64,000 bases of DNA from the human T2T-CHM13v2.0 reference genome, Homo sapiens. The notes under the pieces are model-generated. The model was not told the origin of the DNA, did no database searches, and was given only the letters and a program-made list of their open reading frames with translations. A program made the position numbers and the translations under genes. Below, piece by piece: positions 52,370 through 64,000 of this stretch. The DNA is taken from NCBI RefSeq assembly GCF_009914755.1, contig NC_060928.1. One strand, given 5' to 3'. Position 1 is the stretch's first letter. Every line of letters starts with the position of its first letter.

Positions 52370-53644
52370 TAATTAACGCAAAGGCACAGGGCAGATTAAC
52401 GTTTATCCTTTTGTATATGTCAGAATTTTTCCAGCCTTCACACACAAAGCAGTAAACAATTGTAAATTGAGTAATTATTAGTAGGCTTAGCTATTCTAGG
52501 GTTGCCAACACTACACACTGTGCTATTCACCAGAGAGTCACAATATTTGACAGGACTAATAGTCTGCTAGCTGGCACAGGCTGCCCACTTTGCGATGGAT
52601 GCCAGAAAACCCAGGCATGAACAGGAATCGGCCAGCCAGGCTGCCAGCCACAAGGTACTGGCACAGGCTCCAACGAGAGGTCCCACTCTGGCTTTCCCAC
52701 CTGATAATAAAGTGTCAAAGCAGAAAGACTGGTAAAGTGTGGTATAAGAAAAGAACCACTGAATTAAATTCACCTAGTGTTGCAAATGAGTACTTATCTC
52801 TAAGTTTTCTTTTACCATAAAAAGAGAGCAAGTGTGATATGTTGAATAGAAAGAGAAACATACTATTTACAGCTGCCTTTTTTTTTTTTTTCGCTATCAA
52901 TCACAGGTATACAAGTACTTGCCTTTACTCCTGCATGTAGAAGACTCTTATGAGCGAGATAATGCAGAGAAGGCCTTTCATATAAATTTATACAGCTCTG
53001 AGCTGTTCTTCTTCTAGGGTGCCTTTTCATTAAGAGGTAGGCAGTATTATTATTAAAGTACTTAGGATACATTGGGGCAGCTAGGACATATTCAGTATCA
53101 TTCTTGCTCCATTTCCAAATTATTCATTTCTAAATTAGCATGTAGAAGTTCACTAAATAATCATCTAGTGGCCTGGCAGAAATAGTGAATTTCCCTAAGT
53201 GCCTTTTTTTTGTTGTTTTTTTGTTTTGTTTTTTAAACAAGCAGTAGGTGGTGCTTTGGTCATAAGGGAAGATATAGTCTATTTCTAGGACTATTCCATA
53301 TTTTCCATGTGGCTGGATACTAACTATTTGCCAGCCTCCTTTTCTAAATTGTGAGACATTCTTGGAGGAACAGTTCTAACTAAAATCTATTATGACTCCC
53401 CAAGTTTTAAAATAGCTAAATTTAGTAAGGGAAAAAATAGTTTATGTTTTAGAAGACTGAACTTAGCAAACTAACCTGAATTTTGTGCTTTGTGAAATTT
53501 TATATCGAAATGAGCTTTCCCATTTTCACCCACATGTAATTTACAAAATAGTTCATTACAATTATCTGTACATTTTGATATTGAGGAAAAACAAGGCTTA
53601 AAAACCATTATCCAGTTTGCTTGGCGTAGACCTGTTTAAAAAAT

Positions 53645-53877
<233 letters not shown>

Positions 53878-54498
53878 TGATAAAGCCTTTGGTCTTAAAT
53901 CTTGGGCATTTTGATTTGTAAATCTGACCCTGAGAATTGGGTTACCCAGATCAAAGACTCATGCCAGTTAAAAAGAACATTACCTGTATTTTTTATCATG
54001 TGTTATCTCTTAAGAAGAGGCAGATTAGTTCTAAAATCAACAAATTGTATTTAATTGAAATAATTTAGTGATGAGGAAGAGGTCCATTCTAGTGCCTGCT
54101 AAATGTATAATCCTTCTTAGAATGTGAAGTTGTCCTTAAACTTTTAAATACCTTCAGTTAATCTTTATATTGTCATTTATGAAAACCTTGAACTAAGACT
54201 TATGTATCTTTCATCTAGCTCTGGTTTTAATGCAGGTAGCATTTAATTGTCCCCACTGTACTGGGTATAGTCTGCTAAACATTAAGGAGTAGTTTTGCAT
54301 CTCTCCTTGTTCTGATACTAGGGTCAAAGCCCACTTTTTATAGATGGGCAGCAAAAGGCACATTGGACATGCTGATAAATGTTGCCCTAATTGTGATCTA
54401 AACATGATAAAATATACATACATAAGTGCCCTTATCTGCTGCAAGTGACCCTTGTTTTGTTTTGGTTGGGGTGGGGGGTGTTTGGGATGGAATGGTGA

Positions 54499-54717
<219 letters not shown>

Positions 54718-55524
54718 TAAGTGAAGCCCAGGGCCTCTCCCCTCTTTGCGGCCACTGATAGGAAAGCCCAATCTTTGGTTGAAAGGAAGAGAGTTCAGCG
54801 TGCACTTTTACATTTATAAAATGGGCATCAAAATGCCTGTTTGGCAGTCATGCGATAAGAAGTTGTATTTGCTAATGTGAATAACTTGAGATGATTTCAT
54901 TATCTGAATTGTACAGTTTAGCCATTAATTAGGAGCAGTCAGAGTGTCTGTAACCACATGGCCTCAGTTATACCATAAACTTGAAATTGTTTATGTGCTC
55001 ACATGCTACAAGTGACGGCTCCTGTGTGCCTGGCCACTATATTAGTATGTATTGACTCCACTTCCATGTTGCAGTATCTGAAACAGAAAGTAAGTCTAAT
55101 GAGAAACTTTGGGATTCCCAGGTCAAATACCTTCCATATGTATGTAGCAAAAACAAAATACAAAGCCTAGAAGTTCTGTAGAAATAGAACTGATTTTTAC
55201 TTTCATTCAAACTATTCATTATTTCCACAATAGTAATCAAAACTGCTTCTACTTTTACTGCTGCTAAATGATCAGCAAATTACTGGATATGGATATATAT
55301 TATTTTCCAGGAATATAAGAATTTAGAATAGAACTGCAAGAGTATGCACTTAAATATATTTAGTGCATCCAGTTGCTAATGTTTTGTTTTAAACACCATC
55401 CACTTTGCATGAAGTCTAAACCTTCAGTTGGAAAAAGCCTCATTTTTAATATTCCTCTACTGTGCTGATAATCCTGTATAACACTAAAAGAATAGATGAA
55501 TGTTCACGGTGCTACACAGAAATG

Positions 55525-55828
<304 letters not shown>

Positions 55829-56251
55829 AGAAATCTTACAAGTTATTTTGCCCACGATTGGTTTTAAAATAATTTTAATTTTGCACTATTTCCTTTAGTG
55901 TCTTTTTCTCTGCATCCACCAAACTATAGAATCATTTGCTGAGCTTATAAGAAATGCTCATACTGCTCATTGCAACAGCTAGCCAAATTTGTCCTTTGCT
56001 GTTTAAAACTCTAACTAGCATGGTTTTACTAAATTTATGTTAACACAGTTTCTCTCTCTGGGTTGTGGGGAGACAAATCAATTATAAATAATCTCTTTAG
56101 AAAAGTTACTCTTTCTATATGAAAGTGTGACTTGACTTTCTATGATAATTATGATCCAAAAATTTTATGGTGTGTACCTGACCACTTTTACAAATGATTA
56201 ATTGGAAGGTAGAAATTGCTGATTCATAACATGTAACTTATAAACTTATGA

Positions 56252-56623
<372 letters not shown>

Positions 56624-56934
56624 TTAAAAATGTATGTAGGTGCCTTTAATTAGAAAAAAAATTAAAAATTAAGGCAACTTGTGCTCATATTGGTAATAGC
56701 ATTTCTTTCAAGAACTCAGTAATACTGCATTGTCTTTAAAGCATAATATCTCTTAGACTTGACGGTTTGAGATTCTAAATCACTGAAGAACCTCTTGTGA
56801 AAATGATAGTTTTAAAATTTCTTTTCAAAAATAGTCCTATTGCAAAATGTTTGATTTTCTTGAAGTTTCCTGGAAACTATATTTCATTCATTGTAATGAA
56901 TTTAATTTTCATTAACATAGATCTCTAATATTTT

Positions 56935-57171
<237 letters not shown>

Positions 57172-58535
57172 TAATTCTTATAAATGCCAATGCCTGAAAT
57201 GGAATCTGACATATAAAAAATTACATGAAGAACTTTTATTATTTTGCATTTGAAAACCATGAAAAATAGTTGGACCAGAGTCTCAGAAAGCTTGTAGTTT
57301 GTTAGTTTAACTGCTCTAAATGTCAGGCAGATACAAAACTATTAAAAGACATGCTTCAAATATGAAGACAATTTAAAAGCACAGCTGTACACTTTTGCTT
57401 TTTGTCTAGTTTCAAGGTAAAGATGAATAATCATTTAGATAATGCTTAAGCTATGCTTATGCATACTTAGAGCAATTCTCCAAAATAAAAAATTTTAATA
57501 CTTAAATACATGATTAAAATAGACACGTATCCAATGTCAATACAGACTTTACTCAGAAATAGCTTTTGAAGTTTCTTCTACCCCATAAATAGATTTTATT
57601 TTATGGCTGGCAGAAATGAAAATTACAACTTTTTGCCAAGAACAGAGAATAGAATAATCTCAAATTGGGGCTGCGGACTCAGTTTTATGTTCAAAGCTGT
57701 GTGAACCTCATCACTGAGTTCTTACAAATCCCTGTGTCCACATGCTCCAAACCACCCACTGTGAGTTCAGAAAAGAACTCTGAGTGCATCTTTCAGTAGG
57801 AAAGTAAAAACTGATTTTTACATTTCCTTTGAGCCAAACCAGCTGTTTCTTCTTTAAAGATTTCCCTTTGAGATTTCCATTTTATGACTAAGTCTAACCA
57901 GTATTTTTTTGGCAAGTAAGAGTTGTGGGAGTGTATCTGTCATCATAAGGAAATCAAAGCCAGAAATGCCTTCTGCCATGGTGGGTGATGTTAAACATTT
58001 CAAGGAACTTTATATTATAAAAATTGTCAAACATAAAAGGAAAAGTGCAATATAATGAATTCCATGGACCCATCACACAGCATCAATATTTATCAACATT
58101 TTATCAATATTTTTTCATATATTTTTCCCACATCCACTCCCACTAGTGTTTGAAAGCAGAAGACAGATAACTTACCATCTTACCTGTTAACATTTCAGGA
58201 TGTATTTCTAACAGGTAAAGACTTTATCATTTAATATTTAGACTGTGTTTGTTCAAATTATCTGATTAGATTCTATTTCAGAAAACACACACATAAACAA
58301 AAATGATAATGAGAAAAAGAAAGCCCTTCCACATGATTGACACTTCTGAGTAGTGTGATCCCAGTTCATGTCCATTGTCTGGGATAGCTATTAAATAAAA
58401 CTTCCTCTCATAAAATTCTCTCCATTTAGAAGATAAATTCTGTGATTCACAAGCCTCTTTTTATTTATAATAGCCCTTCCCCTTTCTTTATGAATTTGAA
58501 TTTGTTTTTTAAAGAAACTGTGATTTTCTCTGTAA

Positions 58536-58970
<435 letters not shown>

Positions 58971-59574
58971 TAATATAAGTATGTGTGCATGTATAGTATA
59001 CATTGGCAAAAACACTTCATAAGTAGTGCTAAAATCATCTTATTTATATACATCAGGAGACACATAATGTCTGTTTGTTTCCCATTTTAGTGATATTAAG
59101 AGTGTTTAGCATGTTTAGTTGTCAGCCTGATCCATCATTATGTTCTTCATCAAACTTTCACCAGATAGTTTCACATCAATTGATGATCATTGCCTGTTTC
59201 TATTATTTTGTTTTCAAGTTGACAGTTTTCTCTCACTTGATGTTGTGTAAATTTAGTTATATAAAGTTAAATTATTTTGCTATTTTTTCTATGCTGTATA
59301 CATTTGAATAACTGACCTAATTTTTACTTTAAAAATATTTTACAATTAGAAGTCCAAATAGTAAATCAAAGGTTAAGAATTTTTGCAGAAATCTGTTATA
59401 TAGATGACATTTTAATATTTGCCCTTTATATCATTTACCATGAGCCAAATTTCAAGTCATATTAAAATGACTGTCATGTGCTAATTCTAACAATATTTGA
59501 AAGACCCCTATCAAAATAAATATACCTTTTAGTAGCCACTTTATTAGAAAATCAACTTTAAGTTATTCCCCCAT

Positions 59575-64000
<4,426 letters not shown>

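Overview
Eukaryotic (human/primate) genomic DNA: the 5' and middle part of the TET2 gene (methylcytosine dioxygenase, 4q24) on the + strand. The window holds non-coding exon 2 (1261-1406), a ~43 kb AT-rich and repeat-rich intron 2, the 3455-nt exon 3 (44827-48281, ATG at 44873), coding exons 4-6 (start of the Cys-rich catalytic region) and part of intron 6. Reading through the exon-3 donor gives the 1165-aa non-catalytic isoform. The rest is Alu, L1, L2, MIR, LTR (MER21-like, MST-like) and DNA transposons (MER2, MER33-like, near full-length Tigger1), plus microsatellites. Almost all short ORFs in the supplied track are repeat-derived or random. I see no CRISPR, RNA genes or clearly new gene system. 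The most interesting signals are regulatory and structural: (i) three stop/start-overlapping uORFs, one of which becomes an in-frame 21-aa N-terminal extension via an alternative donor; (ii) stop-free reading frames in potential exon 3-4 and exon 3-6 circles, the latter flanked by inverted Alus; (iii) a Cys/His-rich read-through tail and an intronic polyA signal overlapping the exon-5 acceptor; (iv) two dispersed local duplications and a 3x65-bp VNTR. Repeat subfamily names are from recognition, not alignment, and repeat boundaries are approximate.
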